A stretch of DNA of 52,379 nucleotides from Candidatus Thorarchaeota archaeon (GCA_048884785.1 JBHLQM010000013.1:1-52379); one strand, 5' to 3'. Positions 37,119 to 47,029 are shown, counted from the stretch's first letter. Numbers and translations: made by a program. The notes: generated by a model from the letters alone, not told the origin.

Positions 37119-38162
37119 TCAGGGAATAATAGCTACCTTCATACTCTCTCCCGAGCTCATCATATTTAATGCTTCAACTATTTCTTTCAGACCCATTTCA
37201 TGCGTGATTAGCACATCGGTCTTCACATCACCCGCGCTGAGTAGGTGAAGAGCCTGTTCTACATGTTTAGGTGTGAGATGGAAGACACCTTTGATCGTTA
37301 GTTGTCCGTAGTGAAAACGAACTGTATCGATTTCAAACTTAGTTCCTGCAGCGGCACCTCCAAAAAGAACAGTTGTTCCCGCATCTCTGGTCATGTCGAT
37401 AGCTTGTTCCCAAGTCGCTGGTAACCCAACTGCTTCGATTACAACATCTGCCCCATAGCCTGCTGTTTCTTCCCGAACTCTCTGAACAGGGTTCTCCTTT
37501 GATGGATCGATAATCAAATCAGCTCCAGCTTTTAGAGCATATTTTCTCCTCAACTCAGATAGGTCCGATGCGATTACCGTGGATGCGCCTGCATGTTTTG
37601 CTAGCATTATCAACATCTGCCCAATTGGACCTGCGCCTATCACAGCGACCGTGTCCCCCAGTTCAATATTGGACTCTTCTATGCCATGAACAACACATGC
37701 CAAAGGCTCTGTAAGAGCAGCATCTTTGAATGACAGGCTATCTGGGATTTGATGGGTGTTCCATTTCACTACCGGTGCTGGAACCTGTATATACTCCGCG
37801 TATGCGCCATTAACAAGTGATGTCTTTAGCTGTTGGCATAGATTTGGCTTATTTCGCTTGCAGAAGAAGCATGTTCCACAAGGTGCTGAATTTGTAGAAA
37901 CTACCCGCATTCCCCTTTCAAATCTCTCGGCCCCTTCTCCAACCTCTTCAATTGTACCTGAATACTCATGACCGAAAAGAGTAGGTGCATTCTGAATTAA
38001 CACAGGATGTCCTCGTTTGTAGGTCTTCACGTCAGTCCCACAGGTAAGAGCCGCACCCACTTTTATGAGGAGTTCACCAGGTCCTATCTTTGGAACATCA
38101 ACCTCTTCATATCTGATATCACCGATATCATGGAAAACTGCAGCCTTCATTCTTCTTGTCAT
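37119..38162 (-). CDS. Zn-dependent alcohol/polyol dehydrogenase (MDR; threonine/sorbitol DH-like)
   Basis: CGTD, GHE, CGTCFFC...C, EPLAC, GAGPIG. Confidence 0.9.
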   Translation of the reverse strand: MTRRMKAAVFHDIGDIRYEEVDVPKIGPGELLIKVGAALTCGTDVKTYKRGHPVLIQNAPTLFGHEYSGTIEEVGEGAERFERGMRVVSTNSAPCGTCFFCKRNKPNLCQQLKTSLVNGAYAEYIQVPAPVVKWNTHQIPDSLSFKDAALTEPLACVVHGIEESNIELGDTVAVIGAGPIGQMLIMLAKHAGASTVIASDLSELRRKYALKAGADLIIDPSKENPVQRVREETAGYGADVVIEAVGLPATWEQAIDMTRDAGTTVLFGGAAAGTKFEIDTVRFHYGQLTIKGVFHLTPKHVEQALHLLSAGDVKTDVLITHEMGLKEIVEALNMMSSGESMKVAIIP

Positions 38163-38277
38163 CTAAAGCGACCACAGTATCGACCGTAAGGTCTGTATAA
38201 ATCACTTGCTAACTGTTGCTAATGTATCCACCATAACGCTTAACGCATACTTCTCCTCGCCGCTACACGGATCTAGA

Positions 38278-38730
38278 ATGAAACCTAAACCACGCTATCC
38301 GGAAACCATTGTGTATACATCGGAGGCAATATGGGATGGAAATACAGGCGGCACAGCAACTGTTTCTGATGGCCGAACTATCGCATTCGACACTCCTAAG
38401 ACATTTGGTGGAAGTGGGGAGGGTGTATGTCCAGACGAGATGTTTGTGTCGTCCGTTATTGGATGCCTAATGAACACCCTCCTCGATTTTCAGCGAAAAA
38501 TGCTATTGGAAGTACGCTCGCTACAGTTGAAAGGCTCTGCTGTTGCGAAATTTGATAATGAAGGATATAGAATTGTAGGCATTAGAGTTGAGGGGAAATT
38601 AGTTGTAGATGCCGATGACAATGATGACGCTCTGCGGGCAATTGAGATTATGAAGAAATACTGTCACCTTACTAGGTCTATCAAGGATTGTATTCCAATT
38701 GAGTATGAGATAGAAATTGAATCTGGCTGA
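38278..38730 (+). CDS. OsmC/Ohr-like protein
   Basis: FGGSGEGVCPDEMFVSSVIGC...KYCHLTRSI, two conserved Cys. Confidence 0.88.
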   Translation: MKPKPRYPETIVYTSEAIWDGNTGGTATVSDGRTIAFDTPKTFGGSGEGVCPDEMFVSSVIGCLMNTLLDFQRKMLLEVRSLQLKGSAVAKFDNEGYRIVGIRVEGKLVVDADDNDDALRAIEIMKKYCHLTRSIKDCIPIEYEIEIESG

Positions 38731-39222
38731 TTAATGCTCCTCCAAACCTCGAATCATTTCTGAGATTCGATTCATATAGTTCTCAATATTCTCCCAATAA
38801 CCACCTTGAAAGTATACACTGTCGCAATCTTTGCATAACCAAAAGATGTCATAGTGATTGAATGTGTTTTCAAATACAAGGTGTTTTACTCGCTCTATTT
38901 CATTTCCTGTCAATTCCTCTAGTTCGCCATTGCATTTGGAGCATCTTGCTGTTGAGGGATTGACCTCTGCCTGAATTGCATATCTGTGAAAGACACTGGC
39001 GACTTCATCATCAACTGTACCCCTTACCAACATCGAATCAAGTCCTCTTTCGCAGGCTCTACTGTATAATGCTTCATCCGACGTCAGCAAAATACGGTCT
39101 TCATTCATCGCAATTTGAATAGCATCATCATCTTCAAGATACGTGGAATAAATCGTATCATTGCCAGTGAGTCTTAACCAGAGGGCTACTTTCCCTAGCA
39201 TAGCATCTACCACGAATTTCAC
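38731..39222 (-). CDS. Mut7-C RNase domain protein (PIN-like + Zn ribbon)
   Basis: KFVVDAMLGKVALWLRLTG, RILLTSD, RCSKCNG, CKDC..VYFQGGY. Confidence 0.9.
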   Translation of the reverse strand: MKFVVDAMLGKVALWLRLTGNDTIYSTYLEDDDAIQIAMNEDRILLTSDEALYSRACERGLDSMLVRGTVDDEVASVFHRYAIQAEVNPSTARCSKCNGELEELTGNEIERVKHLVFENTFNHYDIFWLCKDCDSVYFQGGYWENIENYMNRISEMIRGLEEH

Positions 39223-40124
39223 GGGGGTTCACCAAATATTATTCTTGCAGCATTTTTCCACATCACATGCTCGATATCTTCCTTTGATACTTGTGCATAT
39301 CCTTGCTCAATAAGAAATTTCGGAAGACTGAGATTACTAAAGAAATCAGCCCATTTCTCAAGGGGCATACTCTGCTCGAATAATGGAAAATCACTACCCC
39401 ATAACATCCGTCTTGGAAAGACTCGGGCAATCATCGCATCAGCTACCATTTCATAGAGTTTCATGGGGGCTCGTGCTGCGAACAATTGCCAGCCTGATAT
39501 ATCTACAGACACATTTGGATTCTTGGCCGCAACCATCAAAGCTTCTTCAACCCATGGAGTTCCAACATGTGCCAAGACAATCTTCAAATCAGGGAAGTCA
39601 GCAGCCACTTTGTCGACATAGACAGGTCTTGCATACTTCACATGTTTGAATCGAGATGTGAATCCCTGATGGATTACTATTGGAATCCCCAACTCTCTGG
39701 CTTTTTCATAATACGGGTAGAATTCATCCGAATCAGGATAGAAACCATTTGGGGGATACATTTTCCAACCTCTACATCCCTTCTCTAGAATAGCACGTTC
39801 CATCTCAAGTATCCCTGCCTCTCCTCTTCTCGGATCCAATCCGACAAACGTGACAAGTGATGGGTCTCCCTGAATTTCATCTACATGCCAATCAGTTTTT
39901 TCGTGGAGTGAGAGGGGCATCTTCTGATTTATCCCACTATCTATAGGAAGAATCACAGCCCTTTCAATTCCTGCAGTATCCATTGCAGTTCTTAGAGTGC
40001 TAACGGGGGAATCAAGCAACGGTTCAGTATTCTCTCTCTGAGCAGCAATTCTTCTTGCTTCTAGATCCTTCTCTCCAATCATCTCTCTGGTCCAAGTATG
40101 AACATGGGCATCAATTATTCTCAC
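39219..40124 (-). CDS. Amidohydrolase family 2 protein
   Basis: IIDAHVH, GWKMYP, IHQG, VLAHVG, LWGSDFP. Confidence 0.9.
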   Translation of the reverse strand: MRIIDAHVHTWTREMIGEKDLEARRIAAQRENTEPLLDSPVSTLRTAMDTAGIERAVILPIDSGINQKMPLSLHEKTDWHVDEIQGDPSLVTFVGLDPRRGEAGILEMERAILEKGCRGWKMYPPNGFYPDSDEFYPYYEKARELGIPIVIHQGFTSRFKHVKYARPVYVDKVAADFPDLKIVLAHVGTPWVEEALMVAAKNPNVSVDISGWQLFAARAPMKLYEMVADAMIARVFPRRMLWGSDFPLFEQSMPLEKWADFFSNLSLPKFLIEQGYAQVSKEDIEHVMWKNAARIIFGEPP

Positions 40125-40163
40125 CTGAAATCACTCCAATAGCGATACTTTGAATTCACACAA

Positions 40164-41033
40164 TCAGGTCTCCCAGCTATAGATATCTCCTCCGAGTTCT
40201 TCCGCAGCTTTCCTTAGTTCATCAATCACTCCAACTGAAACTCCAATACTTCCAAGGGCGATTCTCCATCCGTCACCATGGTAGTCGGTTCCTCCAGTGG
40301 CAATTAGACCCAGCTCTTTTGCAGCTTCTCTAACAGCCTCTGGTCTCTCGGAGATTTCCAAGTGCGAATAATCATACACTGTTTCAACACCCATGAGTCC
40401 TTCCTCCTTGAGATCCTTCAGTGCTTCTTTCACTTTTGGAACACCTATGTCTAGTGGGTGAGCTAGGATTGGTACAGCTCCAACCGAACGAAGGGTGGAA
40501 ATTGCCTCATTGACACTCAGCCTCTCCTTCCCTACATATAGCGGCTTTCCTTCAGCAAGATACATGTCAAATGCCTCGTTCATATCTCTGACAATGCCTC
40601 TATCTATCAGTATCTTTCCAATGTGCGGCCTGCCTGGACTGATCACTCCTTTAAGCAGAATTTCCAGCTCTTCGGCGCTAACTGAGATACCAATTTCCAT
40701 CATCTTTTTTATCATCTTGGGAAATCGCTTCTCTCTTTCTTCTCTCAGCCAAGAGAGTTTGGCAGAGAGAGTTGTGTCTTCTTTGGGGACATAGTATGCA
40801 AGTATGTGCGCTTCCTTTGAATTAAAATCAGTGCTAATTTCTAATCCTGGGACTCTGATTTGAGTGGGAGGGCCCGGAGCAGACATAAATCTCGAAAGAC
40901 CATCGGTTGTGTCATGGTCAGTTAATGCGAGTCCTCCGAGGCCAATCTCAATTGCCATTTCAACCAGTTTCTCAGGCTTCTCTGTTCCATCTGAGACTGA
41001 GGAATGAATATGCAGATCAGCAAGGCCCGTCAT
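40164..41033 (-). CDS. PHP domain phosphoesterase (YciV/TrpH-like)
   Basis: DLHIHSSVSDG, LTDHD, GLEIST, GRPHI, LAHP, TGGTDYHG. Confidence 0.92.
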   Translation of the reverse strand: MTGLADLHIHSSVSDGTEKPEKLVEMAIEIGLGGLALTDHDTTDGLSRFMSAPGPPTQIRVPGLEISTDFNSKEAHILAYYVPKEDTTLSAKLSWLREEREKRFPKMIKKMMEIGISVSAEELEILLKGVISPGRPHIGKILIDRGIVRDMNEAFDMYLAEGKPLYVGKERLSVNEAISTLRSVGAVPILAHPLDIGVPKVKEALKDLKEEGLMGVETVYDYSHLEISERPEAVREAAKELGLIATGGTDYHGDGWRIALGSIGVSVGVIDELRKAAEELGGDIYSWET

Positions 41034-41433
41034 TATGCGCAGCCTCCTTCATTAGAGTTTCAACAAGCCGCCTAACTCGATGGCAAACTTTCCTGATTTC
41101 TGCTCTTGACATAGTTTCCCTTGAAGGACAATCCGTATCAACAATACACTTTCGTTTCTTTACATCATAGATGATTGGATAATACCTGCACCCTTCTGGT
41201 CGGTCTTCGTACACTCTACATGTCTTTGAATTCGTGTCATAGAAGTAGCAATGCCCATCCACGTTGCGTAGCTCGCAGTAGCCATCACTAGTCTTTACGA
41301 GATAATCAGATCTGTTGTGCCCTAGGGTGTCTATTCGTTCTGCATCCTTCTTGGTTAGAGTCATTTCTGTATCCACACAGCAGATACGTACCTTTTCGCA
41401 CGAACCATCGTGATTGCAGTCAAATGGTGTCAA
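41017..41433 (-). CDS. YkgJ family cysteine-cluster protein
   Basis: CC..TEM.LT..D, GHCYFYD...CRVYEDRPEGCRYYP. Confidence 0.88.
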   Translation of the reverse strand: MTPFDCNHDGSCEKVRICCVDTEMTLTKKDAERIDTLGHNRSDYLVKTSDGYCELRNVDGHCYFYDTNSKTCRVYEDRPEGCRYYPIIYDVKKRKCIVDTDCPSRETMSRAEIRKVCHRVRRLVETLMKEAAHNDGPC

Positions 41434-41575
41434 TGGTGGGTTTCTCCCGCGAGTCGGAATAAACGGACGTCATCAATCATTTTTTGTGATGTGATAACTT
41501 CCTTCTCTCGCATCTTTTCGACATAGCTGCTAGGATAGGTAGTGAGTTAAATTAGTCGATTCCAAAATCCTCGAA

Positions 41576-41821
41576 TCAAAGTTCTCGACGCAACAATCGT
41601 CTTGAGGGTGAAAGATCTCTTGTAGAGTCAGAAAGCTCTTTTCCAGTATCTTTCAGAAGAAGACTATCCTTTGGGCTAAGTGCTTTTCCAGTCAGTTTCA
41701 AAAACGCTCTGGCTCGGACTGCATACAAATATGTCATTAGATTGTCGGGCTGATCCACAGCCCCAAGGAGCGTTCTTCTTCTAGCTCCAAATAAATCCAG
41801 AAGGCGGTTAAATATCTTCAT
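41576..41821 (-). CDS. Small hypothetical protein
   Basis: Longest ORF in the gap. ATG 41821 (MKIFNRLLDLFG...) leaves room for the divergent ABCE1 promoter. Confidence 0.4.
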   Translation of the reverse strand: MKIFNRLLDLFGARRRTLLGAVDQPDNLMTYLYAVRARAFLKLTGKALSPKDSLLLKDTGKELSDSTRDLSPSRRLLRREL

Positions 41822-41960
41822 TTGAGTTCTTTCCGAGACTTCCTTCACCAGTTCATACAAAAGGTTTTCCAAGTAGTCAATTACAATGTTGTCATAGCCA
41901 AAAGGACTAAAATGGAGTGGTCCATTCGGCGTCACGAACTCGCTTCAGGTGTTGAAATCA

Positions 41961-43775
41961 ATGCGTATAGCAGTACTTGATAGTGCTCGTTGCAGACCAA
42001 AGGATTGCACTCATGAATGTCAGAGGTTTTGTCCCAGAGTGCGTACTGGAGATGAAACTGTTGTATTTCCAGATGGGCCGGATAAGCCTCCAGTCATTGT
42101 AGAGTCTCTGTGTTCCGGTGAAGCAATCTGCGTAAAGAAATGCCCATACCATGTCATTAGCATTGTTAATCTGCCAGAGGAATTGGAGAGCGATACCAGC
42201 CATAGATATTCAGTCAATGGATTCAAACTGTTTAGACTTCCTATCCCAAAGGAAGGTCGTGTGCTTGGACTTATTGGTCCCAACGGTGTGGGAAAAACCA
42301 CGGCAATCCAAATTCTTGCAAGTGAATTAAAGCCAAATCTTGGGCGGGTACAAGACCCTCCTGACTGGGATGAGATAATACGAGAATTTCGAGGCTCCGA
42401 AATACAACCCCTGTTTGAGCGAATTCAGAATGGCGATATCGTACCTATACACAAACCGCAGACAATCACTGACCTACCCAAAATCAAGGCAATTGCGGAT
42501 AAATCAATTAGCGACCTCCTAGAGAGTGCCGATTCGTCAGGGCGTCTGAAGGACCTGAAGGATGGTATGAATCTTGCTGAAATCTGGAGCCGTCCCATAA
42601 AAGTCCTGAGTGGTGGCGAGCTCCAGAGAGTCGCAATAACTGCGGCAATTGTGAGAGAGGGTGACATCTATTTCTTCGATGAGCCAACCGCCTATCTAGA
42701 TGTTAGAGAAAGATTACGAGTTGGACGAGCAATCCGTCATCTTGCAGAATTGGGCAAGACTGTTGTGGTAGTTGAACACGATTTGTCCATTCTAGATTAT
42801 GTTTCTGATCTTGTGTGTATGTTCTATGGTGATCCTGGTGTCTATGGTATTGTATCACATCCACATGGGACACGAGTTGGTGTTAACATCTTCTTAGATG
42901 GATTCATCCCTGATGAGAACATGAGGTTCCGCGATACCGTCATCTCATTCAAAGGTATGACCTCGCAGGATGAGGAGTACATATCTTCTGAAACTCTTAT
43001 CGAATACGGTGATATGAAGAAGAAATTCGAAGACTTTGAGCTAGAGGTCCGTGGAGGACGAGTTATGAAGGGCCAATTGGTAGGCATTCTTGGTCCTAAT
43101 GGAATAGGCAAGACGACCTTTGTAAGAATGCTTGCTGGGGAACTAGAACCCGATGAAGGAGAAGTGCCAAGACAAACAGCTTCAGGATTCGAACTTCGCA
43201 TTAGCTACAAACCACAATACATCGAACAGAACTATCCGGGGTCTGTAAGAATGTATCTCCGGGAGGCCGGTGGAAATAATGTTGATACTGCCGACTTCAA
43301 GACTTCAGTGACTAGAAAACTCGGCCTCGAACATCTCTTGGATCACTCTGTTACAGACTTAAGCGGTGGTGAATTGCAGCGAGCTGCCATAGCTGCATGC
43401 CTAGCCAAGGATGCTGACATCTATCTGTTTGACGAGCCATCAGCCTTCTTAGATATTGAGCAAAGGCTTGCGAGTTCTGATGCAATAAGAAAACTGATTC
43501 AAGGTCGACAAAAAACAGCATTCATAGTAGAGCATTCAATCTTAATGGCGGACTACCTAAGCGATAGTATGGTCGTCTTTAGTGGTTCGCCCGGGAAGAA
43601 AGGTAAGGCTTCAAGTATTACTACTCTCAGAATTGGCATGAATGCATTCCTCAAGCAGATGGGTGTGACCTTCAGACGTGATCCTCAATCTGGACGCCCC
43701 AGAGTGAACAAAGATGGAAGTCAACTTGACCAACAGCAAAAAGCAAGCGGTGATTATTACTACGTAGGAAAATAG
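41961..43775 (+). CDS. rli1: Ribosome recycling ATPase ABCE1/Rli1
   Basis: N-terminal Fe-S domain, HRYSVNGFKLFRLPIP, two NBDs (GPNGVGKT, GPNGIGKT, LSGGELQR twice), TFRRDPQSGRPRVNK. Confidence 0.97.
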   Translation: MRIAVLDSARCRPKDCTHECQRFCPRVRTGDETVVFPDGPDKPPVIVESLCSGEAICVKKCPYHVISIVNLPEELESDTSHRYSVNGFKLFRLPIPKEGRVLGLIGPNGVGKTTAIQILASELKPNLGRVQDPPDWDEIIREFRGSEIQPLFERIQNGDIVPIHKPQTITDLPKIKAIADKSISDLLESADSSGRLKDLKDGMNLAEIWSRPIKVLSGGELQRVAITAAIVREGDIYFFDEPTAYLDVRERLRVGRAIRHLAELGKTVVVVEHDLSILDYVSDLVCMFYGDPGVYGIVSHPHGTRVGVNIFLDGFIPDENMRFRDTVISFKGMTSQDEEYISSETLIEYGDMKKKFEDFELEVRGGRVMKGQLVGILGPNGIGKTTFVRMLAGELEPDEGEVPRQTASGFELRISYKPQYIEQNYPGSVRMYLREAGGNNVDTADFKTSVTRKLGLEHLLDHSVTDLSGGELQRAAIAACLAKDADIYLFDEPSAFLDIEQRLASSDAIRKLIQGRQKTAFIVEHSILMADYLSDSMVVFSGSPGKKGKASSITTLRIGMNAFLKQMGVTFRRDPQSGRPRVNKDGSQLDQQQKASGDYYYVGK

Positions 43776-43784
43776 TAAACACAA

Positions 43785-44612
43785 TCATACCTTGCGGAAC
43801 CAGTATTTCTTGCCGCTCTTTTGCTTTTCTTGGTCCATTTCAGAGAGAATCTTGATAGCCTCGTTCCCGCATCTGATGACTTCCCGTTCTCCCTTCACCT
43901 CAAATTCATCTCTTACCCTATTAGCATAAACCGCACATACCGCTCCAGTTCTGAAACCATAGATGTTTCCAAGTGTGAATAGGGTTGCGGCTTCCATCTC
44001 AAAGTTTACGACATTCGCCTTTTGCATATCCTCAATGAGAGTGACACTGAAGCTCTGAGTATATCCATCAAAACCCGGCCGTGATTGTCCCAAATAGAAA
44101 GAATCAGTCGAAGCCGAAATACCCAGATGGTACTTAACACCCAGAGAATCAGCAGCTTCAATCAATGCGAGCACGACTTCATATGATGGAGATGCTGGGT
44201 ATTCAGGGCGAACATATTGTTTGCTTGTACCGTCGAGCCGGACCCCTCCTGTAGAAATAATGAGGTCACCAATCTCAATCTCTTCCTTGAGGCTTGCAGT
44301 CGACCCGACACGTAGGAAGGTATTGGCTCCAACATTGGCAAGCTCCTCAATAACAATGGCTGTACCTGGTCCTCCTATTCCTGTTGAGCAAGCTGATATG
44401 GGTGCTCCCTTGAACTTGCCCGTATGAGTTACAAACTGCCTATGGACTGCAACTTCGCGTCTTTCATCCCATTCACTACTAATCCGTTCAACTCTCTGAG
44501 GGTCTCCAGGAATGATTACTGATTCCGCAACATCTCCCCTCTTAACTTCAAGGTGGTATTGTTTCCTATCCATTGTTTCTGGACGCTTAGCTGAAACCCT
44601 CTTTCCGGTCAT
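43785..44612 (-). CDS. udp: Uridine phosphorylase (PNP/UDP family)
   Basis: QYHL, IPGDPQR, HRQF, STGIGGP, RVGST, DSFYLGQSR, NFEMEAA. Confidence 0.9.
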   Translation of the reverse strand: MTGKRVSAKRPETMDRKQYHLEVKRGDVAESVIIPGDPQRVERISSEWDERREVAVHRQFVTHTGKFKGAPISACSTGIGGPGTAIVIEELANVGANTFLRVGSTASLKEEIEIGDLIISTGGVRLDGTSKQYVRPEYPASPSYEVVLALIEAADSLGVKYHLGISASTDSFYLGQSRPGFDGYTQSFSVTLIEDMQKANVVNFEMEAATLFTLGNIYGFRTGAVCAVYANRVRDEFEVKGEREVIRCGNEAIKILSEMDQEKQKSGKKYWFRKV

Positions 44613-44729
44613 TTTCATTCCCTTTTTATTATTCTTAACCCGGATTTTATACTTTCGAACATATGGGCGACATGCATTTAACAATACATGCCCTTCGAGA
44701 ATCGAAGGATAAGTGGAAGGTTCATAGGA

Positions 44730-45620
44730 ATGACAGAGAGGCTTGATGAATTGGATTTTCTAAGTTTGGGAAAACGAGTTCGTATTCATAGATTGATGTA
44801 TGAACATGGGCCCGGAAATGGAACTATGCTGATACTTCCAATTGATCAAGGTCTAGAACATGGTCCATCAACATTCTTCCCAAATCCTGAATCAGAGAAT
44901 CCTGATTTTCAATTCCGTTTGGCGGCTGAAGGAGGCTATTCTGGAATTGCGTTGCACTTGGGCCTAGCTGAAAAACACGCTCGTAAATATGCTGGTCGAG
45001 TTCCTATCGTTTTGAAGCTCAATGGAAAGACACGGATTCCCTCGGACGCGCATGCTCTTTCCCCTATGACAGGTTCAGTAGAAGACGCTGTCCGAATTGG
45101 AGCCGATGCAGTAGGATATACCCTGTATGTAGGTAGTCCAAATCAAGTTGCAGATATCAATCAGTTCCGAGCAGTAAAGGCAGATGCAGAGAGGTATGGC
45201 ATGCCTATCATAGTCTGGTCCTATCCAAGAGGTGAAGCAGTTGAGGCCAGCGGAGGCAAGAATTCTCTATACGCCATTGACTACGCGGCAAGGGTTGCCA
45301 ATGAATTGGGTGCAGACTTTGTCAAACTAAATGTACCAAAAGATGAACCTGAACGAAAAAGCCAGCAGCCTTCTCCATATGACTCACTTGAATTATCCTA
45401 TGATGAAATGGTGAGAAAAGTGGTACGAACTGCAGGCAAAGCAAAAGTGCTATTCTCAGGTGGAAGTATGTTAAGTGACGAAGACCTACTCCATCGGGCA
45501 AGTGTTTGTATGAAAGAAGGTGCAATTGGCCTTCTCTTCGGTCGAAACCTCTGGCAGCGTCCCTGGAAGGATGCACTTAGAATCACAAAGAAGCTAAAGG
45601 AAATGATGCTGACATTCTAG
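44730..45620 (+). CDS. fba: Class I fructose-bisphosphate aldolase (archaeal/DhnA type)
   Basis: LPIDQGLEHGP, LKLNGKT, WSYPRG, YAARVANELGADFVK (Schiff-base Lys), SGG, GRNLWQR. Confidence 0.92.
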   Translation: MTERLDELDFLSLGKRVRIHRLMYEHGPGNGTMLILPIDQGLEHGPSTFFPNPESENPDFQFRLAAEGGYSGIALHLGLAEKHARKYAGRVPIVLKLNGKTRIPSDAHALSPMTGSVEDAVRIGADAVGYTLYVGSPNQVADINQFRAVKADAERYGMPIIVWSYPRGEAVEASGGKNSLYAIDYAARVANELGADFVKLNVPKDEPERKSQQPSPYDSLELSYDEMVRKVVRTAGKAKVLFSGGSMLSDEDLLHRASVCMKEGAIGLLFGRNLWQRPWKDALRITKKLKEMMLTF

Positions 45621-45700
45621 GCTCGGCAAACCTCTTAAGAGCCTCTCAAAGCTGGTATCGACACTATTATATGGGTAGAGAATAGTTCAATGACCACTAT

Positions 45701-45787
45701 CGAGCTTGGTTTATCGTCGCCATCCGAAAGGGCTATATCAATCCCTTTTCGTGACCCGAGCTCGTGTGGGGTGTTCTTCACACACCC
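45701..45787 (+). promoter_or_regulatory. Structured 5' leader of fbp
   Basis: TATA-like TTATAT at 45667-72; long interrupted hairpin 45701-45764; second hairpin 45769-45787; AGGAG SD at 45800. Confidence 0.5.
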
Positions 45788-45815
45788 AAAATCATTCATA
45801 GGAGCGAGTTTAGTA

Positions 45816-46964
45816 ATGGTTGAAACCACTATCAGCGTAATTAAAGCTGACATTGGATCACTTGCTGGGCATGTTATTGTCCCAGATTTCCTCCTTGAAC
45901 TAGCAAGGAGGGAATTGAAAGCAGCTGTTGAGAAGAAGATTATTAATGACTTTCACGTGTCAAATGCAGGCGACGACCTTGAGCTTATCATGACTCATCA
46001 TAGAGGAGAGAATAGTGAAGAGGTCCATAGACTGGCTTTTGAAACATTCATGAAGGGTACTGAATTAGCCCGTGAAAAGAAAATTTATGCAGCAGGGCAA
46101 GATATTCTCTCTGATACATTCAGTGGGAATGTAAAGGGAATGGGTCCTGGCTCTGCTGAGATGACAATTGAAGAACGCAAGTCCGAACCAATTGCTGTAT
46201 TCATGGCCGACAAGACTGAACCGGGTGCATTCAATCTCCCACTATTCAAGGTTTTTGCGGATCCATTCAATACTGCTGGGCTAGTTATTGACCCCAATCT
46301 CCATGATGGATTCTCATTCGTCATTCAGGATATAATGAAGAGTGTGCCCTGTTTTGTTGAAATGAAGGCTCCAGAAGAGATGTATGATATCCTCGCCTTG
46401 CTAGGCAGCACCGGCAGGTTCACAATAAAGAAGGTCTATCGTGCAGACGGGTTGGTTACAGCATCAGTTAGTACAGACAAGCTCCATGCTGTAGCAGGTA
46501 AGTATGTAGGAAAGGATGATCCTGTTGCCATAGTTAGGACACATTCAGGTCTTCCTGCAATGGGAGAGGTTCTAGAGGCTTTCACACTACCACATCTTGT
46601 GTCAGGTTGGATGAGGGGCTCTCATACCGGTCCTCTGATTCCAGTTGGTATTAAGGACTCTCGATGTACGCGTTTTGACGGTCCTCCTCGTGTAGTTGGA
46701 CTTGGATTCCAAGTGAGCAACGGAATGCTCATTGGACCTGTTGACCTCTTTGAAGATGTTGCATTTGATATAACAAGACAGCGTGCGATGGAAGTGGCTG
46801 ACTATCTTAGACGACACGGTCCATTTCAACCACATCGATTATCAGATGACCAAATGGAGTATACAACTCTTCCAAAGGTTCTTACATCCTGCGAAAACCG
46901 ATTTGTCGAAAAGGAAATTGTTCCTTCTGGAAAAAGCAAGGACACCTCAGGATCTGCTGAGTGA
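45816..46964 (+). CDS. fbp: Bifunctional fructose-1,6-bisphosphate aldolase/phosphatase (FBPase class V)
   Basis: ISVIKADIGSLAGH, GDDLELIMTH, AAGQD, DKTEPGAFN, GKYVGKDDP, GWMRGSH, RRHGPFQPHRL, MEYTTL. Confidence 0.97.
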   Translation: MVETTISVIKADIGSLAGHVIVPDFLLELARRELKAAVEKKIINDFHVSNAGDDLELIMTHHRGENSEEVHRLAFETFMKGTELAREKKIYAAGQDILSDTFSGNVKGMGPGSAEMTIEERKSEPIAVFMADKTEPGAFNLPLFKVFADPFNTAGLVIDPNLHDGFSFVIQDIMKSVPCFVEMKAPEEMYDILALLGSTGRFTIKKVYRADGLVTASVSTDKLHAVAGKYVGKDDPVAIVRTHSGLPAMGEVLEAFTLPHLVSGWMRGSHTGPLIPVGIKDSRCTRFDGPPRVVGLGFQVSNGMLIGPVDLFEDVAFDITRQRAMEVADYLRRHGPFQPHRLSDDQMEYTTLPKVLTSCENRFVEKEIVPSGKSKDTSGSAE

Positions 46965-46970
46965 AATCGC

Positions 46971-46994
46971 GAATGGGATTCAATTATCCCATTC
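46971..46994. terminator. Hairpin between convergent fbp and ppiC
   Basis: GAATGGGAT-tcaatt-ATCCCATTC perfect 9-bp stem 6 nt after the fbp stop, followed by a pyrimidine-rich tract. Confidence 0.55.
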
Positions 46995-47029
46995 TGCATT
47001 CCTTTCTCACAAACTTAGAAGTAACATAA

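Noticed and set aside
36661-39222. TOPRIM and Mut7-C genes as an anti-phage defence or toxin-antitoxin system
   Set aside because: Both are typical stand-alone archaeal housekeeping families; no partner ATPase, antitoxin or defence context.
41449-41511. Possible minus-strand C/D sRNA (UGAUGA-12 nt-CCGA inside a GCGAG/CUCGC stem) upstream of the YkgJ gene
   Set aside because: Only one box pair, no recognisable terminal box C, and no target I could verify.
45690-45815. 42-aa N-terminal extension of FBPA/ase
   Set aside because: Family homology begins at MVETTISVIKAD and an SD precedes ATG 45816; the region is better explained as an RNA leader.
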